Shown here: positions 25,372-41,003 of the stretch, in pieces
Layout: each line of letters opens with the position of its first letter
How positions within the stretch are numbered: the first letter of the stretch is position 1
Origin: Piromyces finnis finn
Lineage: Eukaryota > Fungi > Neocallimastigomycota
Assembly: GCA_002104945.1 (NCBI GenBank)
Contig: MCFH01000006.1
Location: 62,001-126,000 of the forward strand
DNA: 64,000 bases
Direction: 5' to 3'
The notes under the pieces: model-generated
Database searches by the model: none
The model's input: the letters and a program-made list of their open reading frames with translations, nothing else
Told to the model about the DNA's origin: nothing
Position numbers and translations under genes: made by a program

Positions 25372-26614
25372 ATTATTATATTTTTTGTTTTTGTCTTGTA
25401 AAAACTTTATCTCAAAATAATTTTATATAAATTGATTCATTCTTATTATCTTTATGTTCCACACTGTTATTTTTTCTGTTATTTTAATTAATTATTATTA
25501 TTATTATGTGTATTATATGTGATTTTGTATATAATTCAAAATTTGATATAATATATATAATATATATAATATATATGAGAGAAAAAAAGCAATGAAAAAA
25601 AAAAAAAAAAATAGAATTAAAATAAATTAAATGAATGTATTATACAAAAAATAGTGAATAAGCTTAATTTCTCTCATATATTAACCCACTATAGAGGTTT
25701 TATTTATTATATATATTAATATATAAACTATAGTAATTTGAATATTATATATATTATAGAATATTATTTTTTATTTTATAAAATAAATAAGCTCTTTTTA
25801 AATAGTTTTAAAAATTGATTTATTTTTTATTTTAAAAAAAAAAAGAAAAAAGGAAATTTGAAATAGTAAAAAAAGGCTTATAAAAAAAATAATAATTATT
25901 ATTTACTTGTAAACTTGTTTTATTTAACATTTAATATAAATTATAATATAATAATAAAAAAAAAAAAAAATTTCCAAATAATAAATATTAAAAATAAAAT
26001 TACAAAGTTTATTTGTTAATAAGAATATAATTAAAAATTTCCTTTTTTAGAATCAATGTGGCTTGTAATAGAATTATTCAAACATGATTATTATATTATT
26101 TCTGTCCTTTTGTCCTTTCTACTAATGAATTATTATATATATATTTATCGTTAATAAATATATATAATTTTAATAATAAAACCATACAAAAACAGATTTC
26201 AAAGATTAAAGATTATTTAAAAAGCATTTATTAATTACTTATATATATATTATAAAAAAAAAAAAAGTTTTAAATTTAAAAGTGTAAAATGGTTATTTTC
26301 ATTTAGTAAGATATGCTATGTAAGTTATTAAGTATTTCAATTATTTATAAGTAAAACTATTTATATAATAATTTTTTAGATATAGTAAAAATTATTTATA
26401 GGTAGTTAAAATTATTATTTAAATATTTAAAAGGTGTTTCTATTTTTTTTTTTTTTAAAAAAAAATAATAATAATCATGATGATTATATTTAATTAAAAG
26501 TTAACAATCATGACGATCATATTTTAACATATATTTTTAATACTGTTATTAATAATAAAAGTAATGGTATTTAATAGTTAAAAGAGTATTATTATTAATA
26601 GTAATTTTTTTGAA

Positions 26615-28318
26615 TTAAATCATTGGTGGAGTAGTAGGTGGTGGAGGTATACAAAGTATTGGTTGAGTTGGTGTAGATAATGGGGATAAAAAGGAAATAT
26701 TATTTTCTCTATTCTTTTGAGCCAAATTTAAAACATTGGATGGATAAGGTTGATCAATGTTATTATCTAAATCTTGTTTCTTTACTAGGGATGAACTTTT
26801 AACTTCTTGATGATTATTCTCTATATTAGCAGTTGTAGTATCATTATTTGTTATGGATTGAGATTCCTTAATTATCGAATAGTTATAATCATTGTTTTTT
26901 AGTTTATTACTGCCTTCAGTAGTAATAGCAACTTTTTCATCTAAAGTAAGGAATAAGAATTCAAATATAATACATATATTAATATAAATTATTTTATATA
27001 AAGAAAAATTTTAAATTAATTTTAATATTAATATTAATATTTACTTGCTATGGTAGAAGTAATAGTATCATTATCTCTTGCTAAATATTCATAAAATTCT
27101 TCATTTTTAATTGGAAGATAATTAAGACGATTAAGTGACGTTGATACTAATGGACAGGTGTTAATGGTATAATATGATTCTTCTGAATGTGAACGAACAT
27201 TTTCCAAATTACTTTTGCATTTTGTCGTTATGTTTAATGGAGAGGATACTGGATTAGAATTACTTGAAGGTAAGGTAGAACTAGAATCATTATTACCATT
27301 TTCATCAATAGAACCAATAATTGGATGACGCGCTTTACTATTGATATCGGCATCTTTTATTATAACATCTTTTTCCGATTTAGCTTTAATATTTGTTAAG
27401 GATTTGTAGCAACCAAGATTTTTATCAAGAGAATTACTAACTTTCATATTTGAAGTTGAAATTGAAATTGGATTATATGGTTGCAAACTATTTATGGACT
27501 CTATTGAAGAAAATTCATCATCTTTGATGGAGCTAGAATCAATTTTGATTTCGTTTTTAAGATGACTAGTTTTATCAATAATAATGTTATTATTACTATT
27601 ATTGGTGTTGTCAGTAATACTATTATTACTATTGTTACAACTATCATTATTATTATTACTGCTATTAGCAACATTGCCACTATTATTTTGAATATTTTGC
27701 TTCATACTATTATTGATAGACACTTTAGCTAATGCATTATTTTTTTGAAATGTAGTAAAGTCTGATACAGAAAGTGAAGTGATTCCTTCTATATCAGTTA
27801 TTTTACCAGCAACAGATATAGAAGCATCTTTTTCAAATTTATTGAAAAGTTGGAATGGTTTAACTTCTGGTGATGTAATAAAGAAGTGACTTTTATTGTT
27901 AATAAGAAATTCTACTACTTGCAATGCAACTTCATATTCATCAGACGATGAAAGAGACAACAAATTATTGGTGGAAGCACTTTCTTTTGAACGAAGAAGA
28001 TTTGGAGCAAAAATGCAGGCTAAATTGTGAGAATTCATATGATTCTCTTCATAGTGTGTTATAATTTCTGAAAGGAATTGTAAAAGTATTTCTAAAAGGA
28101 TAAGATGTGCTGAAGGTAACATCACAAATAGATATTGGAATGCTTTTATTTTATCATATGTATCAGGTACATATTCTATGTAATATATTATAATATATTA
28201 ATAACATTGTTTTAATAATATTAAAAAAATTCAATAAAAAAAAATGAAATTACAAATTATTTGTATTACATTAATATCTTATATACGAATACATTATAAT
28301 TTATTAATAATACTGATT

Positions 28319-28352
<34 letters not shown>

Positions 28353-29619
28353 TACTTATAACATCTAAAAATGAGGTATAAAGACAATATGGAATTAATG
28401 GTTCTGGCAATTGACGAATATACAACTTAAGAAGACTTGCAACATCAAAAACATTCATCCCTTCAAAATCATATCCGAAACCATATCCAGCTGTTTCATT
28501 AAATACTTTTAATGAATTGTTAATACGACGTTCTGATCCATTAACACGGAAAATACCTTCTTTTGATAATCCATTTTTTCTTAAAAAATTTATACATTCA
28601 TATACAACAATTGGTATTTTTTTATTATTACATTTTTCAGTTGGATCAATATATACAAAAGCATATTCTAATGAAGTTACCAAAGGAACACCAAATACTA
28701 TTAATGTTATTAAATAATAATAATAATAATAATTACTGAATTAATAAAAATTTTATGCAATATATTCATACAAAAAAAAAAAAAAAATTGAAACAAAAAT
28801 TAAAAGTTTGCAATAAATATAGATATAATATTAAAATATATTTATATGAAAAAAAAACTCTTTCCAAAAATTTTTAAATTATTGTAATAGAAAAAAAAAA
28901 AAAAGAAAAAGAAAAAACTAAATAAAAAATTTTTAATACATATGCCATACTGATTTTAAATATATATATATACCTGCTCTTTTTTTATCTTTCTTTGTAA
29001 ATATTTTCCATTTTTTAGAAGTACGACCTCTATTTATATTATCTAATGTTTTTATAATTGATTCGCGTAAATCTTTACCAGGAATAGTATTGTGATTATG
29101 ATTATGATTTAAAGCTGAAAGTGAATTTGATATAGTATTTTGGCTGGCTAAATTATGATTTCCAACAGCACTTGGTGGTAATAAATTATCATCATAACTC
29201 TTATTTACAGGTGATGATAAGCAATTTGCTGAATGAAATTCATTGGATAAGTTTTTATTATTATTATTATTATTTTGACTACTTAATTCACGAAATTGAT
29301 TTCTGAGATTAGTAAATGCTGTTTTTCTTAATATAATAAGTTCATACTCTGTAAGACTAGTATAGTTTTTTAAATAATGGAGTTCTATATAATTTTACAT
29401 TATTAAATTACAAATATTTTAAGTAATTATAATATAGTATACTATATATAATATATATATATATTTACCATGATCTTTTCTTACTATTGAATTTCCACCT
29501 GCAAGTTCATTAAATGAACTTGACAAAGGACGTTGTTTAACAAGATCTGAATTACTATTATCAGTATTATCTCCTTTCGTTAAAGGTATTGTTGTTTCTG
29601 TTATATTATTTTTACTCAT
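26615..29619 (-). CDS. Rho GTPase-activating protein (RhoGAP domain), multi-exon
   Basis: EGIFRVNGS with the arginine finger, DVASLLKLYIRQLPEPLIPY, MNSHNLACIFAPNLL. The last exon ends ...CIPPPPTTPPMI* at 26615. Confidence 0.93.
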
Positions 29620-32600
29620 TTTGTTTATTTCTTTTTATATTATTTAATATTATATGTTCTTTTTATATAATTTGAATCTTCTGTTATTTTTTATTATTAT
29701 TATTTAAATAGTTGCTTTAGTCTTAACTATTACTTTTTATACTCGGCTTTTTGAGTTATATTAAGACTTTTTCTTACTTTGTTATTAATATATTAATAAT
29801 TTTAATTTATTGTAAATTAATATTTAAAAATAAATAAATAATGCACTAGTTATTTTTGTATTAATAATTGTGGATTATTATTTATTGAAATTTTGTGTTA
29901 TATTTTGACTTTTAAAAATTTATTGTTTTTCAGTATATTAAGTTTTTAATTATATTTATTTTTTTTTTTTTCTATTTATTTTATATTATTATAATTGTTT
30001 TATTTTACTTTATTTTTTTTTTAATAATTGAATCCTTCTTTAATAGTATTCAATATTTTGAAATAAAATAAAATAGTTTTTATTTATTCTATAATAGTTC
30101 TATATACTTTTTAAATTTTTATTGATATTTATATTGTAGGTTTTTTGTTATATGGAATTTATATAACTATTATTATTTATTATTATAGTTGTTATTAAAT
30201 ATTATGAATTATTAATTTTTATTATTAATTAATTATTATTGTTGGTGAATCGAATTTTCCTATTATCAATATTATAAATATAAGGATAAGGATATATGAT
30301 ATATTAGTATTTCCAAAAATTTATTAGCTAGTATATATTGATAAAATTCTTATTTAATATATTTAATACCCTTTATTTTAACAAGGCTGAAATATTCTTC
30401 ATTTTTATTATATATATTTGGATTTGGTTCTTTAATATAGAAATATTAATTTAAACTTTTAAATTGGTTTTCGAATTTCTAAATTTTTATATCTTTTTTT
30501 TTTAAGGTTTATATTTTAAATTCTGTTATATTATCTTTTTCTGTTTAATTTTTTATTTTTGTAAAAATTGACCAAAAAATTCTTTTGTTAAATGGAGTTT
30601 ATACGTTTTTATATATATCGGGCATTTTGTTTTATTGTAATATATATATATAAATAGTTATATAAATAAAAGTTAGTTCAAAAATAGTATAATTACATAT
30701 GTATATATATAAAGAAAAAGAATAATTTATATCTATTTATTAAATTTACTTAAACTATAATAAATTTTAATAATAATTATCCAAAAAAAAAAAAAAAAAA
30801 AATAGAAAAGTAAAAATGTTTAAATTATTATTATTTTAAGAATGGCTGTTATTTATATTCTCAATTTATATATAGTTTCAGTTGTATTTTCTATTTGTTA
30901 ACATTAATTTGTTATTGGTTCAATTGTATTAATATTTTAATTTTATTAATTCCACTCTCATTCAATGAACTTATTCAATATTATTCTTGCCTTTTGCATA
31001 AACGTTTGTTTTATTTAGCATTTATTGTATATTTATAATAATAGATATCTATATTTTTAACTTTTTTTCTTTGACTTATTTCATTAAAATATAAAGTTTA
31101 AATAATAAAAAAAAACTTGCCAGTATTAATACTTAAACACTTTATATTACTATATAACAAAAAAAAAAAAAAAGAAAACTAACTTTTTTTCCATAGTTTT
31201 TAATTATTTTAAAAGAATAGAATAGGATTTAATTATAACTAGTTTATTGTTCTTTTTTTTATTATAAAAAAAATAAAAGGTGAGATAAATATTTTCTTTT
31301 TTTTTTTACCATAAATTATTTGACTTTATATAATTTAAAAATAAAAAAAAAATTTAAAAAAATGTTTTTTTATTTTACAAATAATTAATTATAATTATTT
31401 TTAATTAAATTATATAAATAGCCTTAATATAAATCACATATATTAATTAATATAAATAAATATATTATATAATATACAATGGAGATGAACATTTCTATAA
31501 TACAAAATTCTTGAATATATTATAATATATAATAAATTATATTTAATAATATATTTCATTCAGCACTTGATATATTTTATAATTTATACTTTTGACTTTT
31601 TTAATTTTATTCAATATCAAATGGAAAATTTAAAACTTTCAAATTAAAGTGTTTTAATACGAATGACGATGATGATGATTTCAAAATATGTACAGTTAAC
31701 TTAATTTTAATATATAAACAATAATATAAATATATATCAATTTGTATATATTTCATTTTACATTAAATAAAAGAACAGCAATGAATAACGGAATAAACAG
31801 TTAAAAGATAGTGATTACTATTAATAATATTAAATAATTATAATAATAATAAGAATAATAATATCTTTTTTTATATCCTTTCAAATAAAAATGAATATTT
31901 TTGAAAGGATGCTGATTTATATAAAAAGAATATAAATAAATAAAGGAAAAGATCCCCTTTAACAAACGGTACATATAAAGAAATTCTGTCTAATGCCAAA
32001 ATATAGGAAAGTTGCTTTTCCACCTACCGTAATTAATAGGGGAAAATAAAAAGAAAAAATGGAAAGGTTGTATTTAAAAAAAAAATAACAATAATAAATA
32101 TAATATAATATATATTTCTTTTTATTTATTTATATATATAATGTTAATAATAAATATTTAATGATTATGATCATTTCACATTTCATATATAAAAAAAAAT
32201 GATAAACATATGTTTAGGCATGTCATTTAAAAAAATGATGCACTATTGTTTATTAAAATATACAATAATACTAACAAAAAATATTAGAATATTCATTTTG
32301 TTTTATTAAATAAGAAAAGTGATAATAAACATTTTAATATTAACCTTATATATTCCATAATATAATAAATATAGGAATAATAACCGTGTATAAAAATTAT
32401 TTAATTATTGAAATAATTTTTATTATTGAATTGATAATACATTAATACATAATAAATAATGATAAGAATTAATAAAAATAATACATAATAATAATGACCC
32501 ACCACTAGTTTTATAATTGTTTATTAATTATGTATCCTTTACTTTTTTTTCTTAAGTGCCAATTTTTAATTTAATTTTAAATTTAATTAATGATTATTAA

Positions 32601-35193
32601 ATAAGTAAATTTAATTACTTCCTAATATATTTCAAAAATGTGATTTATATTTAAATTCAACCTTAAACTCTAAATATTTTAGATAGCTAACTATTGAAAT
32701 ATTAAAAAAACATAATTTTATTCTTTTTAACTGTTAAAATAAAATGAATTTTTTGAATTTAATGAACATTTAATTATTTCTCCATTTTTTTTTTTTAAAT
32801 AAATTACTTTGGCAATTAAATTTCTTTATTACATATAATTCATATTATCTTTTAATTAATTTGTGCTTTTAAAAAAATTTTAATAATTGTGTGCAAAATA
32901 ATTAACACATTAATTGAAATAATAATTGCTATTTGGATGGAATTATAATAATGATAATATATTTATAGAAATGAGAATATGATTAAATATTGACATATAA
33001 TAATCTAAAATACTATATTTAAAATTAATAACAATAACTTGGTAACATTTTGTGCATAAATTTATAAATTACTTCTTTTATATATCTATATTTTATCAGA
33101 GTTACATCATTGATAGAAAGAAAGTCAAATTAATATCAAAAATGATAAAGTTTGAAAGGTGTGTTATTTTTAGATAATAACAATAAATATACTTTAAAAT
33201 GTATAATTTCTTTTAAAAACGTATTTGCATAATTGTGGCTCATGATAATAATGTATATATATTAATTATTTATAAAACATGGTTTATATGTTTATATATT
33301 AATTATTTGGCTTAATAAAATACATATATTTTGTTAATCCATACCTAATTAGCAATATCGAATTTTTCATAATTTTTTTTTATTATGTTTATTATAACAA
33401 TGTTTATTATTAATTTGTTTATCATTATTTTGTTTATTATTGATTTTTATTATTAATTATTATTGTTTGGGATCTTCAAACATTTTTATTAATTATTAAT
33501 TTAAAAAAAAGTCTATTGATCTTGCCAAGGAAAACAATCAATCACATTTTTTAAAAAATAGAAAATCATAGTTATTATTGCCTCCTTATTTATTCACTAT
33601 TTATTTATTATATATATATAATAAATATGATAAACGAAAGTATACGGCTATTTTCTTTAACTTTATAATAATAATTAATACATAAATATTCTATTCCTAT
33701 TCCTTCTTCTATTTCTTTTTTTTTAATCCTCTTTAAAACTATTTTTTCTAATTAGAAATTTTTTTAATTATTAAATTATATTTAAATTATGTCATGTGTA
33801 AAATATATAGGTATTTAAATTTAAGAGTTTTGATTTTTATTGAAGTTAAATTATTTAGAGTTACATATATATATATAAGAGTATAATCTAATAAATAAAG
33901 AATTGTTTTCATTTTTTCTAAAGTTTATTTAAACTTTTTCTTTTCCATTATTTTTTTCTATTTTAAAATCAATTTCAATATATATGCTTTTTTATATTTA
34001 AACTTACTTTGGAAATATATTTTAAAATTTTTAAACTCTTTGAAACATTTTAATAAAAAATTTTTTTTTAATTAGTCCAAAATTAAAACTATAATTTATT
34101 TAAAAAAAAATTGTCATACTTTCAACAATAATAATAAATGCTCTTTTTATTTTTACTTTTTAACAAAAATTTAAACAATTTAATTCTTTAATAATTATTA
34201 TTTTTATTTAATTTATATTATAAAAGCATATTATTATTTTTTAGTATTATAATAAGATTTTTTTTTTGGCAAGGAAAATAATACACTATAACTATTATAA
34301 TAAGAATAAATATATATATTATCATTCGCAAACTTTTTTTTGTGAATAATCTTTTAAACTAATCATATTCAAATGGCCACAAAAAAACTTCTATTAATGG
34401 CATACCAAGAAATTTTTTTATTTTATTAATTCTGTGAATATTACATAAATTCATTATTATATGTAGTATGTATTTATTTATTAATTAATGTAGGCTAATG
34501 TAAATTAATATAAGTCATTATTTATTTATACTAATACTAATAAATAATTAAATGGGTTTTTTCTTTTTAAAAAAATGAAATAATATATTTTATAAATAAA
34601 AAAATAAAAGATAGGAAAATAATAATTAAATACCAAATGATATTATTATTTTAAAAGAGGCAATATTTGATGTTCAAACTTTTTGTTTCTATTTCTTATT
34701 GTTTAATTGGTATTGATGTTATGATCAACCTTAAAAATAGGGTTAGGAACCATATTTCTGTATAAATTATAGTTTTAATAATTATTATCATTTGACTTTT
34801 AACAATACTAACATATTTTTTTAAAAAAAAATAATAAAATTATAATTGTTTAAAGTATTTTGCATAATAAAAGTGTTATTTGAGAAGAAAAAAAAAAGTA
34901 GTTAATGAAAAATTGGCTATATAATTTTTTACTCTAGTAATTTTTAATGATGATACCTATTATAAATAGCCTATAATATTGAATAATATTGGTGTAATTA
35001 ATAAAAGAATTTTGAATATTTTTGTAGTTATTATGGTGAATAATAATAGAATTATAATATTACATTTATTTATTTTTTATTAAATGAGGATGTAATAGTC
35101 AAACTGACTACTTGTAAATAAATTTTGTAAGATTCAACTAAATATAGGTTTGTTTCTTTTTTTTAATTACATATAAATTAAATTGATTATACA

Positions 35194-35194
35194 A

Positions 35195-35238
<44 letters not shown>

Positions 35239-35257
35239 AATAATAAACATAATAAAC

Positions 35258-35307
<50 letters not shown>

Positions 35308-35403
35308 CATAATCATAATAATAATAATAATAATAATAATAATCATAATAATAATAATCATAATAATAATCATAATCATAATAATAATAATAATAATAAT
35401 AAT
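35194..35403. repeat. Compound (TAAA)n + (TAA/TCA)n microsatellite
   Basis: Direct reading; explains the Ile/Met ORF 35167-35532. Confidence 0.95.
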
Positions 35404-36042
35404 TATAAACAGTAATTTTCTAATTATAAAAAAGTCTATTAAGAACATGCATTTTAATAATTTATCATCAATATTTTTATATTTATTATTCTTTATTATT
35501 ACTAATTTAACAATTAAATAAATCCATCTCATATTGGAATAAAAGTACTAAAGTTAATAACATATAATAACAGGAAATAGACCTACAACATCTAGGTAGG
35601 TTTTCTTACAAAATACTAAATAACTGTATTGTCTTTAAGAAATTTTTTTTAAAAATTGGATGGTTTAATGGAATTAAAATAATTATTATTAAATATAATT
35701 AATATTAAACAATTATTGAAATAAAATTTTATTAAATAACGATCTAATTTTCTATTATCATAAACAACTCAACTATTTTTAATAAAATATTTTTATTTAA
35801 ACAATATCCATATATATACTTTTTATTTTAGCATAGTTTTATATTTTATTTATTTATGCTTTTTAAATGAATTTAAAGTTAATTCTTTAATGTATTGAAA
35901 AGCATATTTTATTATATATAAATTAATTTAATATTAAAACTATGATGCTGTACTTTCTTAATTTTTGAACATTATAACAACCTACCATATTATGTTTAAT
36001 CTCCAATACTAAATTATAAGTTTAGACATTAGTTGTAAACAC

Positions 36043-36165
36043 ATGTCACATGACATAAAATTGACAGAATTTTAATTCTATGCTATTGAATATTCACGTG
36101 ATCCACATATTTATATCTAATACATAAAAATATAAACACTTTATCAAAAAAATCTAGCCAATCAG
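36043..36165. promoter_or_regulatory. Putative cis-element cluster (two E-boxes, HSE-like dyad, CCAAT box)
   Basis: ATGTCACATGACAT 36043-36056, TGAATATTCA 36087-36096, TCACGTGA 36094-36101, AGCCAATCAG 36156-36165, about 1.1 kb upstream of the DNAJC7-like gene. Confidence 0.45.
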
Positions 36166-37202
36166 TAGCTTTAATCTATTTAAAAAAGTATAAATAACAT
36201 ATCAATAAAAAAGTTTCCAAATTAAATATTTTTTTAATAATATTTTAGGTGGATATTATAATGAGAAGGTTGTAAGAGGATAAAGTAAATAATTTAATAG
36301 AGCATGAAAGGCTTATATGTATATATATATTTTAAATGGATATAAAAGAATAAAAATAGACTAAAGATTGTAGAATCGTTATTTATTATGTCTATTATTT
36401 TAGTAAAAATTGAATAAAAATTATTTGTTGATCTTTAATTTTGTTTCATTTTTTCTATATAGTTTTTATTGAACTGAAAATTGCTGATAAAATTTGATAT
36501 AATTCCAATTTTCATTTTTTTTTTAAATTCCCTTTTTTTTATATTCTTTTTCTTAATTAACAAGTAACCAAATAACCTATTCTTTTTTATGGTGAATAAA
36601 ATCTTATTAGCAAAAAGATGTCCAGAATAATAGTTTTGATTCTTTTTTACTTTAATGCTTTTTTTTTTTAATAATTTATTTTATTTTGTTTGTTTATATT
36701 TTAATATATTGTTGAAACTTAAATTTTATTTATAATTATATAAAAAAAAATTATTCTGATTTAAATGTATTTTATATGGTAAATATATATTAAAAATAAT
36801 TATAAAGAATTGTTCATATATTAAAAATAAATTAAAAACACATATTATAATACATTCCAATTGAAAAATAATATATATATTAATTTTTTTCTTTTTATTT
36901 CTTTTATTAATGAGAAAAATATTTTTTTTTTTTTTTTTTTTTAATAAAACATATTAAAATTAGACTAAAAAAAATATTTTAAAAATTACTTTTTTGCTTT
37001 TTCAATTTTTTTAAAAAAAAAAAAAAAAAAAATTGAAATAAAGGAATAATTTAACTAATTTAAATAAAAATAGAAAAGAGTTATTGTACTGTTTAAATTA
37101 GAAATACTTTTTTTTCTATTTTTAATTTTTTAACAAAATCATATTTAATTTATTTAAACCTATTTAATTTATTTTTTTTTAACATTATAATAAATAACCA
37201 AG

Positions 37203-39981
37203 ATGCTTTCTGGAAATGAGTAAAGATTATACTTATTATTATTAAATGTTGAAATGGATATAATGAAAAAATGATATAAAGGAATAAATATTTTAATGAA
37301 ACATTAATTCTAAAGATTAATTTAGAAAAAAAAATTAATAATCACCAAATACAATTTAAGATTAAATTAGAAAAAAAATAATAATCACCAAATACAATGT
37401 CAGTACTATTTGATTTTAAATATTTAGAAATTTAAACCAAAAATAATAATTAATACATTGTACAAGGAACGGTAATGGATTTAAAAGTTGACTTTATAAA
37501 AGTATAATTACAAAAACTAACTACAATAATTACATAATTTCATTTATAAATTTTAGTATCAATAATTATCAATAATTAATGTTATAAAATTAGAATGTTG
37601 ATTCCTTTATTAAAATAAATTAACAATTGATTAATTTAGATGATAAATATAAATATTTTAATTAAATAAAACAAAATGAACAAAAAAAAAAAAAAAATTA
37701 AAATCATATTATTAAATTTTTATTGCTATTTATATATATTGCTGTACAATAATAATATAATAGAAATGCTGCTGAAGCTGCAAAAGTCAAGTTAGAAGGT
37801 AACGCATTATACAAACAAGGAAAATACCAAGAATCACTTCATAAATATTCAAAATGTATAGGTAATTATAATATTTTAATTAAATTATTTTATTTCATAA
37901 AATAATATATTAATAATATATTTCTCATTATAATAAAGAACTTGATCCAAGTAATCCAATATACTATAATAACAGAGCTGCAGCATATACTATGCTTAAA
38001 AATTTCAAAGAAGCTATCAGAGATTGTCAAAGATCAGTAGAATTAGATAAGGAAAATGTTAAACCATATTTAAGATCTTCTAAATGCTCATTACAATTAG
38101 GTGATACTTTTGAAGCTGCTAGACAACTCAAAATGGCTAAAGATGTTGCTAATAACAACCCTTCTTTAAGCAATCAAGTTCCAATAATTGAAAAAGAAGT
38201 ATGGTTTTATGAGAAATTATTTAAAAAATGTTGAAATATTATAAATATATATATCATTATATTTATTATATTTTTATTAATGAAAAAAAAACTATTATAA
38301 TATTTAAAAAATTAAAACAGCTTGAAATGGTTGAAAAATGTGAAAATTTAATAAAAAAAATGGAAGAATATATTAAAAACGAAGATAATGAAAATGCTTT
38401 AAGTGCATTAGAAGATGCTATGTTATTAGCTGATCCATTATTAAAAAGAAACACTGAATCTAAAACTATTTCAAAGGTTGATACTAACAGTTTAGGTGGT
38501 GTTTCATTAAAATGGAGATTACAAAGAGCAGAATTATTAATTAGAAACCATTTATATGATGAAGCTAATAAGGTTACAACGTATGTTTTTTTTTTCATTA
38601 ATTATTATATAATGATATTTCTATTTAAAATAATAGAAATATTTATTTATTATAAAAATATTTATTACATAACTAATAAAAAGCGTTTTTAAATTATTAT
38701 TATTAATTGTTAAATATTATTAAAGTGGAATTATTAAGGCTGATTCAACTAATTCTGAAGCTATGACCTTACGTACAAAGGTTTTATATTTAATGAATTC
38801 TATTAGTTTTGAAAGTGCACAACAAACATTAAGACAAGCTTTATCATTCGATCCAGATAATATTAAGGCTAGAAAATTATTAAATATGATTAAGAAATTT
38901 GAAAAAAACAAGGAAGAAGTTAATAATTTATTTAAGGCTGGTCAATATGCTAAGGCTATTGAAGGTTACAATAAGTTATTGGAAGATCAAAGAAAGGAAG
39001 GTTTAACAGGTATTTTAGAAGTTAGAATTTTAAGTAACAAAGCCACTTGTAACAGTAAATTAGATAAACATAAGGAAGTTAGAAAGGACAGTACTAAGGC
39101 TATTGAATTATTAGAAAAAATCACTTTCCAAGATTATACTCCAGGTCCATCAGATTATCAAACTTGTATTAATAGTAATTTATTCAATAAATTATTTAAG
39201 AATAGAGCTAATAGTTCTATGAAAACTGAAAATTACGAAGAAGCTGTCAGAGATTATAAGGTTCTTCAACAAATGAACAATGGTGACAGAGGTAAATCAT
39301 CATCAAAATAATAAGTCATTTAAATATTGACAAATAGTCAATGATAGTTTTTTTTTATTTGAGAAAAAATAAAATATCTATTAATTTTTTACTATTTAAT
39401 ATTTATTTAACAATATATTAAAATTTTTATAATTAAAATTTTAAATTCGATTGTTAATAATAGCCATTATGAGTGCTTTAAGAGAAGCTGAAAGAGCATT
39501 AAAGCAAGCTAGTAAGAAAGATTACTACAAGATTTTAGGTTTAGATAAGAACTCAAATCCATCAGATTCAGAAATTAAGAAGGCTTATCGTAAGAGTGCC
39601 TTAAAATACCATCCAGATAAATGTGCTGGTTTATCTGAAGATGAAAAAACTGAGGCTGAAAAGAAGTTCAAGGATATTGGTGAAGCTTACTCTGTTTTAA
39701 GTGATCCAAATAAAAAGAGAATCTATGATATGGGTGGTGACGTTGATGGTTCAAGTGCTAGTGGTGCATCTCCATTTGGAGGAATGGGTGGTATGAGTAT
39801 GGATGGTGAAGATATTTTAAGAATGTTCATGGGCGGCATGGGCGGCATGGGAGGAATGGGAGGTATGGGAGGTATGGGTGGCATGGGCGGCATGGGCGGC
39901 GGCATGCCATTCTTCTCCTTCAGTACTGGTGGCCAAGGTAGTAGAGGTTCAAGACAAAGTGGTGGTTTCCCATTCTTCTAA
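37203..39981 (+). CDS. DNAJC7: DnaJ subfamily C member 7-like co-chaperone (TPR repeats + C-terminal J domain)
   Basis: TPRs ([15 protein letters not shown]..., [19 protein letters not shown]), J domain DYYKILGL...YHPDK, Gly/Met-rich tail. The 17-nt first exon (ATGCTTTCTGGAAATGA, 37203-37219) is tentative but in phase with the exon at 37764. Confidence 0.93.
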
Positions 39982-40751
39982 GGAAAACACCTTATTGTTT
40001 CCATTTCGCAATCATACCATAATAATTATAATATATATAGCCCCATCAACCTATTTATAAAAAGGAAGTTTGAAAAAACAAGAATATATCAATATATATT
40101 TTAAAGAAAATCTTTTTCCTTTTATAAAAAAGAACGTTATGTGAAAACCAAAAAGTTAAAAACTTTTTAATTATTCCAATGAATAAGTTTTTCAAAAAAA
40201 AAAAAAAAAAAAGAAATTCAGAAATAATATTTTTTTTTTTTAATTTATATTTAAATAGTTATAAATAATATCACCACACATAACTCCCCATTTTTTTTTT
40301 TATTTTCATCCTTTAAACTATTATATATCCTTTTCACAATTTTTTTAATCCATGCCTTTTTTTTTTTTATTTATTTCTAATGATTTTTTTATATACTATT
40401 TATTTTTATAGATGTTTTATAAATAAATTATAATTCTAATAAAGCCAAAAGAAAAAAAAATTAACATAAATAAAATAATAAAAATAAAAATCAATAAAAT
40501 AATAAAAGAAATTAAAATAAAAAAAATTTTTTTTTTGAAAAAAGAAAATATGATGTGGTGAAGAAAACCCTTCCTATTATCTAATAATGCTTTTTTTTTT
40601 TTTTTTTTTTTTTTCTATATTTTACTTTTATTTACAAAAATGAATAAATATAAGAATACTACTATTACAAAATAATATATAGTTAACTTTAATTATTTCT
40701 AAATAAAAAAGAAGTTTTAAAAGTTAACAATAAATTAATTTTTCTCCTTAG

Positions 40752-41003
40752 AAATATAGCTACCATTTCTAAATGAACTAATTAAAAAAAAAAAAAAAAA
40801 GAAGGAATTCATGTTTAAATATAGCTACCATTTCTAAATGAACTAATTAAAAAAAAAAAAAAAAGAAAGAAGGAATTCATGTTAAATTAAAAATTAATAT
40901 TAAAAATATATATATATATATATATAATTAAAAAAAAAAAAAAAGATAAAAATTAATATTAAAAATATATATATAATAAATAATTAAAAAAAAAAAAAAA
41001 AGA
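40752..41003. repeat. Two adjacent tandem duplications (about 65-bp and 60-bp units)
   Basis: AAATATAGCTACCATTTCTAAATGAACTAATT(A)n...GAAGGAATTCATGTT at 40752 and 40817, followed by a duplicated AAAATTAATATTAAAAATATATA...TAATT(A)n block. Confidence 0.9.

Noticed and set aside
31470-32070. Slightly GC-richer patches with short peptide-like frames (NGKFKTFKLKCFNTNDDDDDFK; KKFCLMPKYRKVAFPP)
   Set aside because: No consistent splice path or recognisable family.
35577-35615. Small hairpin ACCTAC...GTAGGT as a Helitron 3' end
   Set aside because: No correctly spaced CTRR terminus and no 5' TC partner identified.
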